Assembly: GCF_000150275.1 (NCBI RefSeq)
Contig: NW_002060944.1
Location: 7,182,756 to 7,246,755, forward strand
DNA: 64,000 nucleotides
Reading direction: 5' to 3'
Source of the DNA: Trichoplax adhaerens
Taxonomy: Eukaryota > Animalia > Placozoa
The position numbers and the translations under genes are program-made. Under the pieces are notes generated by a model. The model was not told where the DNA came from. It saw only the letters and a list, made by a program, of their open reading frames with translations, and ran no database searches. Shown here one piece after another: positions 1 to 13,475 of this stretch. Position 1 is the stretch's first letter; the number at the start of each line of letters is the position of its first letter.

Positions 1-49
1 AGTTGCTTATTTGCAATATTAATTTATTTCTAAAATTATCATCTCTTAC

Positions 50-1846
50 CTATTATAGCCTTGGGCTAAGATAAAAATTATATTGGATACCGATATAGAT
101 TGAAAAAATAGAAAGTTAGTCGGAACAATCAATAATCAAATATTGTTAGATTGACGATTTATAAAATGCAAATTACAGTAAATAAACATAACATGTTATG
201 CGAATTTGATTAGTATACTGAATTCGGGAATAAGATAGAGCTTATTTAATAATTAGTTTCAAACTATATCCATAGCTAATAAAATCATAGAAATTAATGT
301 AATGGATTATCATTATTAACTGATGACGGGATACTAATATATACTCATAAATAAGTATACAACGATAAGCTTACCTTTAAATTCGATGCCGTCTTTATGA
401 GCTGCTTGACGGTAAGTTATTGTTACTCTTTGCTAAATTTTAATATATTAATTATATGTTATTAAAGACGATGAGAACAAATAATTGAAATTCTTCTTAT
501 ATTAACGTATTTTAAATATTACTATGGCTTAATAGTCAATTTATATGTAAGGGTTTCATTTTAGTTCTTAAATTTCTTGACAAATAGGGTCATCACTAGA
601 TGACTTAAATTCTGATGGTTAATTATAGTATTAGGAATCGATGATCTCCTCGATACAAAATTACGCTATCGTATGATACTATACTTCATGAAGCGGTGAT
701 GTTAGTTAGCTTATGCTATAACAATCCGTTATAATCACTCTTTTATTTGTATAAGTAGTTGGTGTTTGTTTCCATACCCCACTGGACTATAGTAAATTCC
801 CCAGGGGGTTTACGAACGACGTAGCGGGCATGAAGAAAAATGAAAAACGTTGACGGTAAAATAAAGGTTTGAAAGTTTTTTCTTGAAATATATCTGTTTA
901 ATGTAGCTATAAAATCAGTAAAATAACTTTAAATTAAGTTGGAATAGTAATATTTATAAGTCTAGATAAATTTCGAACAAGATATAAAATTGAATCGCTG
1001 CTTTTCGTGCTAGTTGCTTAAGTTAGGTGTGGATATTTGACAAATGGCTTCAGGTTCTTAAATTAATGGGAAACGTTGGGGCTATCAAATAGAAAAATTG
1101 CTTAACAAGCCGTGGTTATGACATTAAAGAAGACGGAAGTCGAGAATTTATTCATTAATTTGAGAAAAGAGTATGCAATCAAGGATACCATTAAGAAATA
1201 AGCAACAACTATTAGTGATAGGAAATAGAATGAATGATCACTAATGACCGTTGACTATCCTAAATTTATAGAAGTATCTATTTGGTGTATTTTGATATGA
1301 TAAACCGTCAATGGATATCTAGTGATAGAAATAGAGTGGAATATTTTGAGAGGCTACTATCGTTGTTAGAAATGGCATTTAACTGATTATTTTTGTTTTT
1401 AAGTAGACGGCGTGAATTAATTGAAACTCGGATCAATACAAACTATATTGAATAGTTACAGGCATATTATTTTGTGTTATTTTCTTGTGAACTTAACTAA
1501 GCACTATCAACATGTTTGCCGAATGAGAAAATTTGGATCGTTACTTAACATCATTTTAGGTTGACTTACGATATTCATAACAGTAATGTAAGTCATCATA
1601 CTATCAAAGATTAATTAAGAATATAAATTACAGTGATTGTACACCAGTAGAAGATCGGTTTAATTCGGAAAAATACTAGGCCTAAGTTATGGTGCTAACG
1701 TTCATAATTGAATTAAAAGTAGGGTATAAGGATTAATACGACGATGGCTACCTTACCTCAATTTCTAGGCATACTTTAAACGACGCAAAGATTAACATAA
1801 AAGAGAAGCTAAGTAAGAGAATATTGGAAATCCCGAGATAGCCCAT
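50..1846 (-). CDS. MFSD11/UNC93-like MFS transporter, diverged paralogue, first three coding exons only (gene continues beyond position 1)
   Basis: Exons 1846-1757 (MGYLGISNILLLSFSFMLIFASFKVCLEIE, donor GTAAGG), 432-375 (QRVTITYRQAAHKDGIEFK, 58 nt) and 65-50 (AQGYNS, 16 nt), all with canonical splice sites. Phases and exon 2/3 lengths match the MFSD11 copy at 20799-25870. Confidence 0.85.
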
Positions 1847-2303
1847 AATTTCAACGTTTATGAACGCTCAAGGAAGCAAATCAGTTGAGCCAGACGAAAT
1901 TGGTTAATTTAATTTTCAATCTAATTTTGGTAGTGATATCAACGAACGTTAGAGTATATAGTAGTCTCGAGATGATGGAGTAGAATAGATAATTGTACTG
2001 TATATTAAGAAATAATAAGAGTATGAGTCGTATATCTTATTTTACATTGAATTAGCTAGAACTGTATTATAGAACGTTGTGTTTAGTCATCCAATAATTA
2101 GATATTGGCAATTCTCAATGGGGATGTCTATTATTCTAAATTGAATAGATGATCGTATTTGATGAAGGGATTGGCAATATATTATGCATTAGACATTCAT
2201 ATTGATATAAAGACATTGAACAATAGTTGCTGATAGAATAATATGGCTATTCAAGGCGTTTTAGAATAGATGAATTACATGATTGGGCAGTTATTTTATA
2301 TCA

Positions 2304-2408
2304 TGCCGAGGTAGGATAGAGATATTGTAGAAGAAAAGTACCTGTGGGCTTAGGTTGCCGAGGTAGGATAGAGATATTGTGACAGAAAAGTACCTGTGGG
2401 CTTAGGTT
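2304..2408. repeat. 52-bp tandem duplication
   Basis: TGCCGAGGTAGGATAGAGATATTGT...AGAAAAGTACCTGTGGGCTTAGGT occurs twice, at 2304 and 2356. Confidence 0.9.
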
Positions 2409-4027
2409 GGACGAATAGTGATGTTATTGGAAGGCGTCGACGATGTACATATGAACTATTATGGAAAGTTGATGGTGTAATATGATAGCGAGTTAACAGA
2501 GAATAAAATAGGTGATATTTAGCTTGAGTTAAATACTGTATAATTAGATGAGAGTAAAGTATTATGGCTAAAAGTAGCTGAAATAGTATTGGTCTGTGAT
2601 TGTAGGCATGATCTACCATATTGTCAAGCACACACTGTATTGTAATAACAGTAAATTGCGAAGTCATCTAAATTAACTCGCAGCACTTGCATTATCCATC
2701 AGCGTCAATATTGTCGTTGTCATGTTAATAATAACTGCGATGACAATTACAAAATGGTGAGCAAGCCAGCAAGGATGGATAAATTTAGAAATGATATAGG
2801 CGTCATTGCCATTTTCTAGATAGTACAAAGTCGTTTTCTATTTTGACGACTAGTATGTACAACAGCACGGATTGTACAGTATAAGCTTACAACTTGTATA
2901 TTACACACACTCAGGGATACTTTGTCACGAGTTGATTTTATCTACTCGTATATCATGATCTTAATGGATGCTATTGGTATGTTCGTAAGTAACTTTAGCA
3001 TAGGCAATAGCTACGAGGGAACCCGTTAACAATCATAATAATGACATAGGCAATGATGTTGCATACTTGTTGATTTTAAGCGCAAGATGTTGTACAATTT
3101 TATAATACTATGCCATTTTACGGAGATTTCAATTCTCGTTCTATCTACAGTGCAATAATTATGCAATACGAGCGTTGTATTAGTACAGAGAATTCTTGAA
3201 GATAATTCAAGAAAGAGATTGCGGATTCAACATGTTTCTCTCCAACAATTTAGCAATTGGAAACTGTTAGGAAATGATCGATCACCCTATTGCTTCCACT
3301 CGGAGCAGGTCATCGGCTAGTTCAATGGTTCAGTGTCATGGATTAGGTTATACTCGTATTAAAAATAAATAATTAACTTCCCTTTCTATATATATATAAT
3401 ATAATTAAAAGATCCAGCAGTTTTGCAAACGGTGATTTTTGAAATGCAGTATACTGTTCCAATCTTGAAAATTGACGGTATTTACTTATGATAACATCGT
3501 ATACAGTGGAGGGCGAATTGAACGATATAAGATTAATTTGTAACAATGAATAGATTCGCTAAACTAAGATATAAACGTGCAATAAGATATTCGTTATACG
3601 ATCTAATATCATCCTGCATTAATCTCCATGTGTTGTTCACGCTACAAAGTCTTTTTCAGCACTGTACCCTCCCTCATGCAGTGAAATCGGCGCGATTGAT
3701 CAATTCCATTCATTTTATTCTAACTAGAAATATCGATTTTACACTTTAATCACTGTAATAGAGATCTTCAAGATGAAAGCTACAAGGACTATTAAAAAGA
3801 AAGAGAGGGACAGGAAACGGTGGTTCAATATACACAAAATGTGGGGGCCGACTATTTTGTTGGCCATTTCAAGTGAAATGCCTATCTGAAACGATGCACT
3901 ATACTGTACTGTCCATGATGGTCACCTCCATTTTTAGCTACTTGGTTTGTTATTAATTTGGTTTTGGATCAGTACAGTAGTAGTATACGGTTTCAATATG
4001 AAGCATACACTGTCGACGATTGTCATC

Positions 4028-4340
4028 CAGCTGCTGGGTTGGTTTTGTCATGGTTCTTTTCAAGATTCGTTCAGATGATGAATTGGGATAATGCACCAAG
4101 TCTGTAATCATCGAAACGAATCTTCAAGGTTTCAGCTTGAAGCGATAGACTGTCCATCAGGGATTAGTCGAAGTAGTCGCTGTGTTCGCGATAGTCAGCT
4201 GCTCGGTTAGGTTTCGTTTTGCCATGTTTCTCTTAAGATTGATTCAGCGGATCGGGATAATGCACTAAGTAAATGATCATGTCAACAAATCTTCAAGGAA
4301 ATGAGCTGCTGCTGGATTGGATTGCTTTTGCAATGTTGTT
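4028..4340. repeat. Diverged ~170-bp tandem repeat (about 2.3 copies) containing a hairpin
   Basis: Units start at CAGCTGCT(G/C)GGTT (4028, 4196, partial ~4305) and share AAGATT...GGGATAATGCAC...AATCTTCAAGG. Confidence 0.75.
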
Positions 4341-4642
4341 CCTACAGCAGTTTATGCTTTTCTACAGGGTCGTATGGCCGATTTGAGTGTGTTTCAGTAC
4401 TAGCATGGCCAGGAAAAATGATCGGCGGCCATATTCTTCTTCTTTTGCACTCCATAGCCTTGTCCTTCTCTCCGTCCAGTCTAGTCCCTCCTCAAGAGAC
4501 AAGAGGAGAATTAAAATCCATAGTAAGAGTACTGTACGGCTCAAGTGGATCGAGTATGCTATTTACTATGGAATCAATGTACTGTATCGTAGGTGTTGTA
4601 CTACTAGACTGGCAGTCGACGACAGAGGACACGCAAAGCAGC

Positions 4643-7600
4643 ATGGCCAGCCAAGATCAAGGAATTTATACGGCCGCCGAGGAATTTGTTGGCGCTCAAG
4701 TAAGTCAATTAATCGATTACTTTTAATCTTGTACAATCAAATTGGGATAGAATAATATGGACTATAGATTGTCTAAGATACAAGTACCACTTGTAGCTTG
4801 ATATTATACAGTTTCAATCTTGGAAATGGGGATTGTACTAACTGCAAATTTCTTCATCTTGTATCTATTATAATCTTGCTTGTCCAGCTTGATTCATTAC
4901 CACCAACATTTACTGCTAGTTCCGATTATGATGGAGGCATCATTGATGGTAGGTAGTATTGGTTATGATTATTATAACGTAATAACTCATTTGTAATGGA
5001 GTCTGCTATATCTTGATAAAATGATCACTTTTAGCAGCCAATACTATACACTCGACAACATTATGTGCGATTGAAAATATCTTTTAATTCAGTCAGCAGT
5101 CTTAGGACTCGCACATCAGTCAATTTTACTGCACTATTTCGCTAGTAGACTATTGAGATCCAACAATTTAGATACAAACTTGATATTGTTTATTGTAGAA
5201 ATCATCAATGACGTACGTAAACTAAGATTTGGCAAATTATCGATACAGTATAGGGTAGAGTATACAGAGTTATGTGATCTCCTCATCAATCATGTCCATT
5301 ATCTATCTTGACTGTACAGTATACTATACTCGTATTTGTAAAATTCGGTGATGGTTTGCTTGCATGCTTAGAATTCACCGCAGCCGACACAGTAAAAATG
5401 GCATAGCGTAGTATAATTTGAAGTAATAGAGTGTGTTATACAGCTGCTATGCTCCAGTATTTTTACTTCCATTTATGTTGTATTGTCTATTTCGGTAACG
5501 AGATGGTAGCTTCGATATAGCACTGAAACACTTGAATTGGCTTACTTGTAATTTATCAGCCAAAAACGATATAGAATGGGACAAATTTTATAATACTGTA
5601 CGTATCAGTCTTGTAGATTTACGAAAGTGCATTATGATAATGCATGCCATATCCTTTTACCTCTTACATCATTTCCCAAGTCGTACATGATTGATGATTG
5701 TAATACAATAACTTCCCATCACTTTTTATTCAACTTTCATGTTATACGTAAACCACAGCGATGTTCTACCCTGTAGAATACTTCGCATTTGAAATGGAAT
5801 AACTAATAATAATAGGGTCTTTGGAGATACTGTAAATTTGATTAGCTTGTCGTGCATGCTATTAGGATGCTGTGAAATTGCATCATGTTGAACGCGAGAT
5901 CTAGCGTTTTCACTTGGTATCATGATAGACGACGTGTTGTCATACTTACCAAAGACTTAATATTTTCCTCACTTGCCGTGACCACTTGTAGATTATGAAG
6001 AACAGCCCACTACCAACGTAAATCAAACTTATGGAGTTCCTGAATTCGTGAAAAACTTTATTCGATCTCTTTATAGAGCCTTCACGGAAAGAGTAAGTTT
6101 AGTTTCAACTTGAATTAAGCACCATATTCTAATAGATAATACTGCAATGATACGTCGGTAACTGCTACTTTGACGCACCGATTGTTAGAATAAAATAAAA
6201 ATAATCTGGTCTAATATCTAGCTTATAGGGGAATAATATTGCTAGTGTAGACTACTGTTACATGTTAATCATGCTCAAATTCTACATAGTTATGTTGATA
6301 TACGGTATGCGTGTCCATTAAAAAACAACTAGATTATCATGGCACTATAATAACTATTTACCATTAATATTGACAATCTAGCGAGTTGATGAAATGCAGA
6401 TACTATGTGAAGCTGGGTAAGAAAGGAGTCTTAATTTTGCATCTAGCGTGACCGGTAGAAGTGCATAAATTTAATTTAAAGTTCTGTCTATGTACTTTCT
6501 CAATTTATACTAGTTTCATTAAGATCACGGAACGTGCATTTAGCAAATCGGCGTGGCCCGATGCTGACAGAATTGCTCCACTTGTTAATAACGGTGAGGG
6601 AACAATCGACGTGGTTAGCACTTTGTGTATTCAGCTCTTTGATTCAATGGGCGTATTCATCATTTGTCATGCACGACTAGAATAATAAATTAGATAAAGT
6701 CACTTTATGGAACTTTTTCGTTGGAAAATTTTACTAATATCTCCTATCCCTAAATACTAGACGAAATTTTCCTAATCTTTTACAAGGAGCTTTGCTTTCG
6801 TCATATTTATGATAAGTTGCAGGTACAGTAACGCTATTCCACGTGCATATATATTATCTACGTTTGAATCATTGTTAATATTGACAAGCAATGAAAGCTG
6901 ATTAATTTTCTTACGACCCTAATATCGACGCGCATCTGCTCCATTATGTGCTCGTATGATGGTGTTTCGATAGATATTTATGTTTTAAATCTTCTAACTT
7001 GTATTTACATTAATTTTTAATATAGCCTACACTGGATCAAAGATTTGAATCTTACTACAACTACTGCAATTTATTCAACTGTATTCTAAGTAAGCATCAA
7101 CTACTCTATTGTACTTATGATACAGTTACATAAATAACTACATTTGCCGATGCTACAATTATAATTACTTATCTTGAGTACCTTCTATATATTTATAGTA
7201 ATACTTAAAAAAAAAAACGGTAACCAATTCCAACATTTTAAGATTTTCAAGCAGTTTCTACGGTAGTAATTGCTAATCATATTATCCTTAAATAACCTTA
7301 TCGTAAAAATTAATTTCATAGGTGCCAAAGCTCCGGTACGCCTTGAGTTACCTCATCAATGGTTATGGAATATTATAGATGAATTTATATATCAGGTAAT
7401 GACGGAATGATAGTAAGTAGTAGAGCGTGTAGCTAGCGCTAACCCAAAATTATAACAAATGACGATGTATGCCTTCATTTATTTTCTATTGTAGTTTCAA
7501 TCGTTTAGCCTTTATCGTTATAAGTTAAAGCATAAGCAGGAAAATGATTTAGCAATGCTACGCGACCACCCTAAGGTAGGAAATAATTCTTTTATTGCAA

Positions 7601-9706
7601 ATTTGGCCCGATTCAGTTGTTATGCTTGCTAATGATTAGTATGAACTGTTTTCTAAGGTATGGAATGTTCACGGCGTATTGAACGTCTTGCACTCATTGG
7701 TTGAAAAATCTCAAATTAATAGCCAGGTGAGATTTTATTAATTAGAAATAGAAACAATAATATATCAGGAAAATGCATACCACAACTTGAATTCATTACA
7801 TAACTTTCTGATTTTCGTAAATGTAGCTCAAGGCCTATAATAATGGTGATGATCCGAAATCAGTTGCTGATGAATTTGGAAATTGCCCTTTATACAAGAT
7901 GTTGGGGTATTTTAGTTTAATTGGCTTATTGCGTTTACATTCACTTTTGGGAGACTATTACCAAGCTATCAAAGTACTCGAAAATGTACAATTAAACAAA
8001 AAGGTGCAGGAACGATTTAAAGTCATGTTATAATGATTACTTTATAATCATTTTTGAATGATGTTATACTGTATATAATAACCATTGGGATCGTTACTTT
8101 AATAGAGTCTTTATGCGGTAGTGCCGGCTTGTCAAGTTACTACTTATTACTACGTCGGATTCGCATATCTTATGATGAGGCGTTATCAGGTACTTCTAAA
8201 TAAATGGCTACGTTGCCCGGTTATCAAGTTATTTTTTCTTTACGAGTATTCAATTGAAGTAATATTTATTTGGCTATACTACTTATAGGATGCAATTCGT
8301 TCATTGTCCAATATACTTTTATACATTCAAAGAACGAAAAATATGTTGCAAGACAAATCTTACCAAATTGATCAAGTTTGTTGATATGTGCTTAAATCGT
8401 CGTTTTTTGTCGATTTAGACTAATTCAGTGAGATAATGTACGACATTTGCTCTATAGATAGCTAAAAAGGAACTTCAAATGTACGCTTTGTTAGCGATGG
8501 CGTGGATAATGTGCCCATGCGTAAGTCAACTTTAATACTATGATGAAACATTAAGAAATAAATAATGAAGAGATTACTGTTTTCATTAAATTAAATTTTA
8601 TAGAGAATTGACGAGAGTGTGCTGTCGATGTTGGGAGATAAATATGATAAAGAAAAATTCATTAAACTTCAGCAGGGGTAATGAGAGAAATTTCGAATTA
8701 AAAGTAACTGATACTTGAATTCTTAGTATTTCATGTTATTTCGTTAATAGGAATTTGCAACAATTTGAAGATTCGTTTGCGTATGCATGTCCAAAGTTTG
8801 TGTCTCCAGTAGTTCCGGATTACGATACTCTCAGTCAAAGCCAACATAAGGTCAGAGTATGTTATATACCAATTTTCTTTATGATCAATTGAAACTTAAA
8901 TCATACTTTGGCTGATCTCAATCAATAGGCGCCATATCAATTTCAATTAAAAAATTTCGTAAATGAGGTAAAGCAGCAAGTTGCAATCCCGATTATAAGA
9001 AGGTTGGTAGAAAAAAATTACTTAATAGCTTTTGTGATCAACTTGATTGAATTAATTATGCTTCTATTTTATAGTTACTTAAAGCTATACACCACCATGC
9101 CAGTGGCTAAATTGGCCGCCTTCTTAGATATGGTAAGTTATGTTTTTGACTCAGGGTATTGGCTGTTTTTCTTTAGTAATAAATTCAATTCTTTTCGTTA
9201 AGGATGAGGATAATTTTCGCGCTCAGCTCTTATCCTTTAAGGTGATTTATAATCTTTATAATCCGACGTGTATTTACTTATTGAACTCTTGCAATTGCTC
9301 TTTTTAACATTACAAGATCTTTTTATGATCGTATTTAGCATAAAATGAGCAATTTGGTATGGACTAAAGGTCAACGAGCTATAGACGGCGAATTTCAAAC
9401 ATCATCGGGAGTTAGCTTTTTTATTGATGAGGTACATAGGCTAAAGCAAACATTTATCAATTTACAGTCTGAAAATATAACGTAATACTTGTAATGCTTG
9501 AAATTTTAGGACATGATACATATTAATGACTGCAAAGTAGTTCCAAGATACAGCGAATTCTTTTTACAGCAAATACGCAAATACAACGAGGTATGTTTTT
9601 CGAATAGATTTAAGAGTATGAGCGTAGTTTTGTACAAGATAAGATACAAATCTGATTGACTACTTTCAATTTGTATAAACTACAGTTGGTGAAAGGTCTG
9701 TCCTAA
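4643..9706 (+). CDS. EIF3L: Eukaryotic translation initiation factor 3 subunit L (multi-exon)
   Basis: Spliced peptides include [122 protein letters not shown] and DMIHIND. Stop TAA at 9704-9706. N-terminal exons 4643-4699, 4888-4948 and 5992-6092 join in phase; the start codon is less certain than the gene body. Confidence 0.95.
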
Positions 9707-11590
9707 ATAGCATTCAATTGCGAAAGCTGTGTTCGAAAGATGTAATGTTATAAAAGTTGAAATTGGACTAACGATATTTTCTCGTCAACCACCTTGTACA
9801 TGTCTACGATATCACAATTGCAAGGTCTAATATATAATGTGATAGTGATTGTACTAACAGTAGTAGTCAAGTTTTAATTGATTCTTTAGAATTACAACTG
9901 TAGACGTAATTTTACGTTTGCTAGTATAAAGAGACGTATTGAGCTCTGTACGTATTTGATGTCGTTTGCGTTATAAATAAATAAATTTAAATACTGGTAA
10001 TTGCTAAAGGCTTGATCTTGAATGCTTGCTTTCCTATGTTAATGATACTGGTTTTTAGCCTAAAGTTGGTACGGAAGTGATACAATTTTTACTGCTGTAA
10101 ATGTTTTAGGTATTATTATTATCAAAAAATTGGTTTATCGGATTGAAAGCTTAGAAATAGACGTGTATAAGTCTCCGATTGCCTTACTTAAACTATTTTC
10201 ACGGCACTCTATCAGGAAGGATTATTAAAAGAAATACAGTGTCTCTTAATTTAATGTAGTCCCTGATTACACAGTATAGTAGATACAGAACAAATTAATG
10301 ATAAAGCACCTGAGATAGTATTTCTAAGATGGCGAAATTGTAAGTTACAAGACATGCTGCTAGTTGACAAGAATTTATTCCTTATCACAATTACACTTGA
10401 TATCATGACCGGCTAACGATGTGGATTTTAAGTGATGTATTCGTATAGCTTTAGTATACGCGTAATTCGCTATTATTACATGCATGCATCATGGCGGGGT
10501 TAAAATTTTACAACTTTCGTGCACAATTGATATCATCTATTAAGGAGCGTGATTACGTATCATACCAATAATGGAAAAGTACACCATGATAGATTTAAGC
10601 CAGCTGTAATCTTATTATATTGCTTATGCACACACGTCAAATAAATGGCGCTAAATCAGTAAATAGTATCAAACAGGGAAGTGTTCTATTAATTAATAGG
10701 ATTTTTTTATTATATAGTAATTATTTCTAGCGTAATGAGCGTACAGTACACTTTTTGATATACTCGTAGTAAAACCATTGCTACAACCTTATATCGATGC
10801 ACATACCTTTAGTATTGGATTACAATATTATATTTCTATATATGTATGTTCGTAGATTATTTGTTTACAAGGAAATGGATAATGAAAATTTTTAAACGCA
10901 TCCTTCAATCTACAACTACAATAACACAATCCATCATTACATGATAAAAAATTCAGTGGAAGTCGCAATATAGTTATAATATACTTAAAATGGTCACAAT
11001 TTCTACCGCATAGCTTTCATTACTGATAACAAATATACTGCCAGTTGACAGTACTATGACATTGTGTCATTTCTATTCAACCAAATACATAGAACACTAA
11101 TTGAAGAAGAAGGGAATTTGCAAGCACTGTCAGGAATAAGTTCAGATGTTGAAATTTATGCAATGACTTGGGTATAGCTTTGGCATATTCATACAGTACC
11201 AGGTCCTGTCTTAGCATCATCATGATGGGATTGTTAAAAGACCTCTAACACCAACAATAACTTTTAATTAGGTTTAAAAAATAGAGATCGTAAAAAGGCA
11301 GCAACATCATAGGAAAATAGTGCAAAGTCAGGTTAGTTTGTTAATATTAATAAGCACATCTACAACTACCATTATGGACATAGTTACACAGAATAAATTT
11401 CACAACATGTGACGGACAAATTTATTGCTATTATGATCGATAGGTAGTAGATTTCGATGGCTTACAAGGATGAAAATGATTTTATCTTTGTTATGGTCAA
11501 TACGTGTAATGTACAAGATACTGCTTGAATGTAACAGTCAGTTGTTATTATTAATTCATTAACACTTAAGGTTGCATCGCATGTCTTGAT

Positions 11591-13329
11591 TCAATCTTTG
11601 TTACTTCTAACGCTATTTTCACTTCTTTCGTCATCACTGCGGGGGATATAGTCATTGGATCGGCGGTCTGCTCGATCAGATTTATTGCCATCACTGCTCT
11701 TGGTTTCCTTTCTTTGACTAGGACGAGAAGGGGATGGACTACGACTTCTAGTACGTCGTCTGCGATCCTCACGAGAACGACTACGTCGCTTCCTTGGTGG
11801 TGGTGATCTAGAACGTTTTGGAGTATAAGATCGGCGCTTTCTTGGACTAGGGGAACGACTTCGATACCTACACAGTATATATATATATATATGTAAATAC
11901 ATGTATATATATATCGATAGAATAATAATTTAATATATGACAATATTCACTCAATATTAGCTAATTAACAAACAATTACATCTGTAGAGATACACCACAT
12001 ACTCGTACACGTTTGTATGGACACACGCAGGCAATATTTTTATTTTACCGCATAGCTACACAGCACCGCATTTCATATAGTAGTAGAGTTGGCAAAGAAA
12101 AGAAGGTCGCGAGTTTATGCAACCGCAAAACTATTTTTGTTGAACCGCAAGCTGTCAAAACACTACTGCACGCTTTATACACACAGTACAACGCTGCACA
12201 CACGTGGATATCAGAGCTAGGGAGTTTCCAGTCATATTGTTTACTGGACAGCAAGTTAGTAGGACTGGATCTCTTTGACTGGTATGCAAAGAAATGGATC
12301 TCTTTTTGCCAATATTGAAAAATCATGGTTATTGGTCATACCCAAGGTCAAACAACACGTACAGTCAATCAATTTTGTAAAATTTACTGTCAAAAGCTAA
12401 CAATTCCTTTTGAAAACCAACAGAATTGATTGTACGCGTATTGTAGAGCTACTACATATTATCCTACTACTGTATGACTATGACTACTATTTGACGGTGT
12501 AGACTACCAGTATTACTGTATTTCTACTTTCACCTTTTTAATGGCAATATAATGCTATTACGGTAGATTGATCTCATTCTCTGTCTATGATACATGCTCA
12601 ATGAATGTAAATCGAAGGAGACAGAAAAGGACTATACTGTACTAAATGATCATTCAGTACTTAGTAATGGATCGTCATTGTGCTAACAAGAGTAGAGAAC
12701 TGTGTCATCATTTGTAACAGCAAACCTGACGCAATTGCTACTGGAACGGCCACTTAGCGCTTTGCAAAGTGAATTAACTACAGTAGAATTGTATTGCCTG
12801 ATGATATTATGATTACTAGTAGTCGATTGACTGGATAACTTTTTTCTATTCTGTCATGACTATCGATTGATTACATTGAAGAAAAGTATATTATAATAGA
12901 AGAGCAGAATGAATGCAAGCAATCGTAAGTGCGGATGTCTATTTGGTACAGAGAACAAGTGTCATTACAAACAATTATGACTGACCTTCTTGGAGATCTT
13001 GATCGCCTACGATTACTACGGTAAGATCGATCCCGATCGCGTTCACTTCGATCTGCTGGGCGGCCATAACGCGCCATCACTACTCGCAATTCTCGGCCAT
13101 CAAAGTTCTTGCCATGGACACAATCCATGGCGTCTTCAGCATCGCGCCTATCATGATACCTTACAAAAGCGTAACCGCGTGATTCTCCACGACGATCTCG
13201 AGGAATGTAGACATCACCAATTTCGCCATATTTATCAAAGATACGTTTTAGATCATCCACCGTAGTCCTATAAGTAATATTGTCTACTTTGAGGCTGGTC
13301 ATGCTGGAGATTTCAGGTGCCCTCGCCAT
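11591..13329 (-). CDS. SRSF2: Serine/arginine-rich splicing factor 2 (SC35), RRM plus RS domain, 2 coding exons
   Basis: Exon 13329-12986 encodes [14 protein letters not shown]...GDVYIPRDR...[21 protein letters not shown]...[14 protein letters not shown], near-identical to the SRSF2 RRM. Exon 11867-11591 encodes the RS repeats; the phase-2 intron joins in frame. Confidence 0.95.
11876..11915. repeat. (TA)n microsatellite next to the SRSF2 intron acceptor
   Basis: Interrupted TATATA run. Confidence 0.7.
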
Positions 13330-13475
13330 CTTGCCTTCTCGTCCTTTTTCGTTCCACTTGGGTACAGTACGGGCACGACGAGAGAAGCGCCAAGTGAAGT
13401 TGACAAGCCACACAGGTCACCCTTTTTCAAGCGGTGACTACCGTAGACACACGACATGCTGTAGCTGTCGCTACG

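Noticed and set aside
4075-4140. Box C/D snoRNA (ATGATGA box C), and similar box C motifs in introns at ~8540, ~15440 and ~16581
   Set aside because: No properly placed CTGA box D or terminal stem.
5649-5660. U12-type donor-like ATATCCTT motifs (also ~15097, ~21783, ~24047, ~41180)
   Set aside because: None coincides with a required exon 5' splice boundary. The modelled introns are ordinary GT-AG.
12871-13413. 180-aa single-exon SRSF2 from the ORF track
   Set aside because: It uses a non-ATG upstream start and reads into the intron. ATG 13329 and the donor at 12985 fit homology better.
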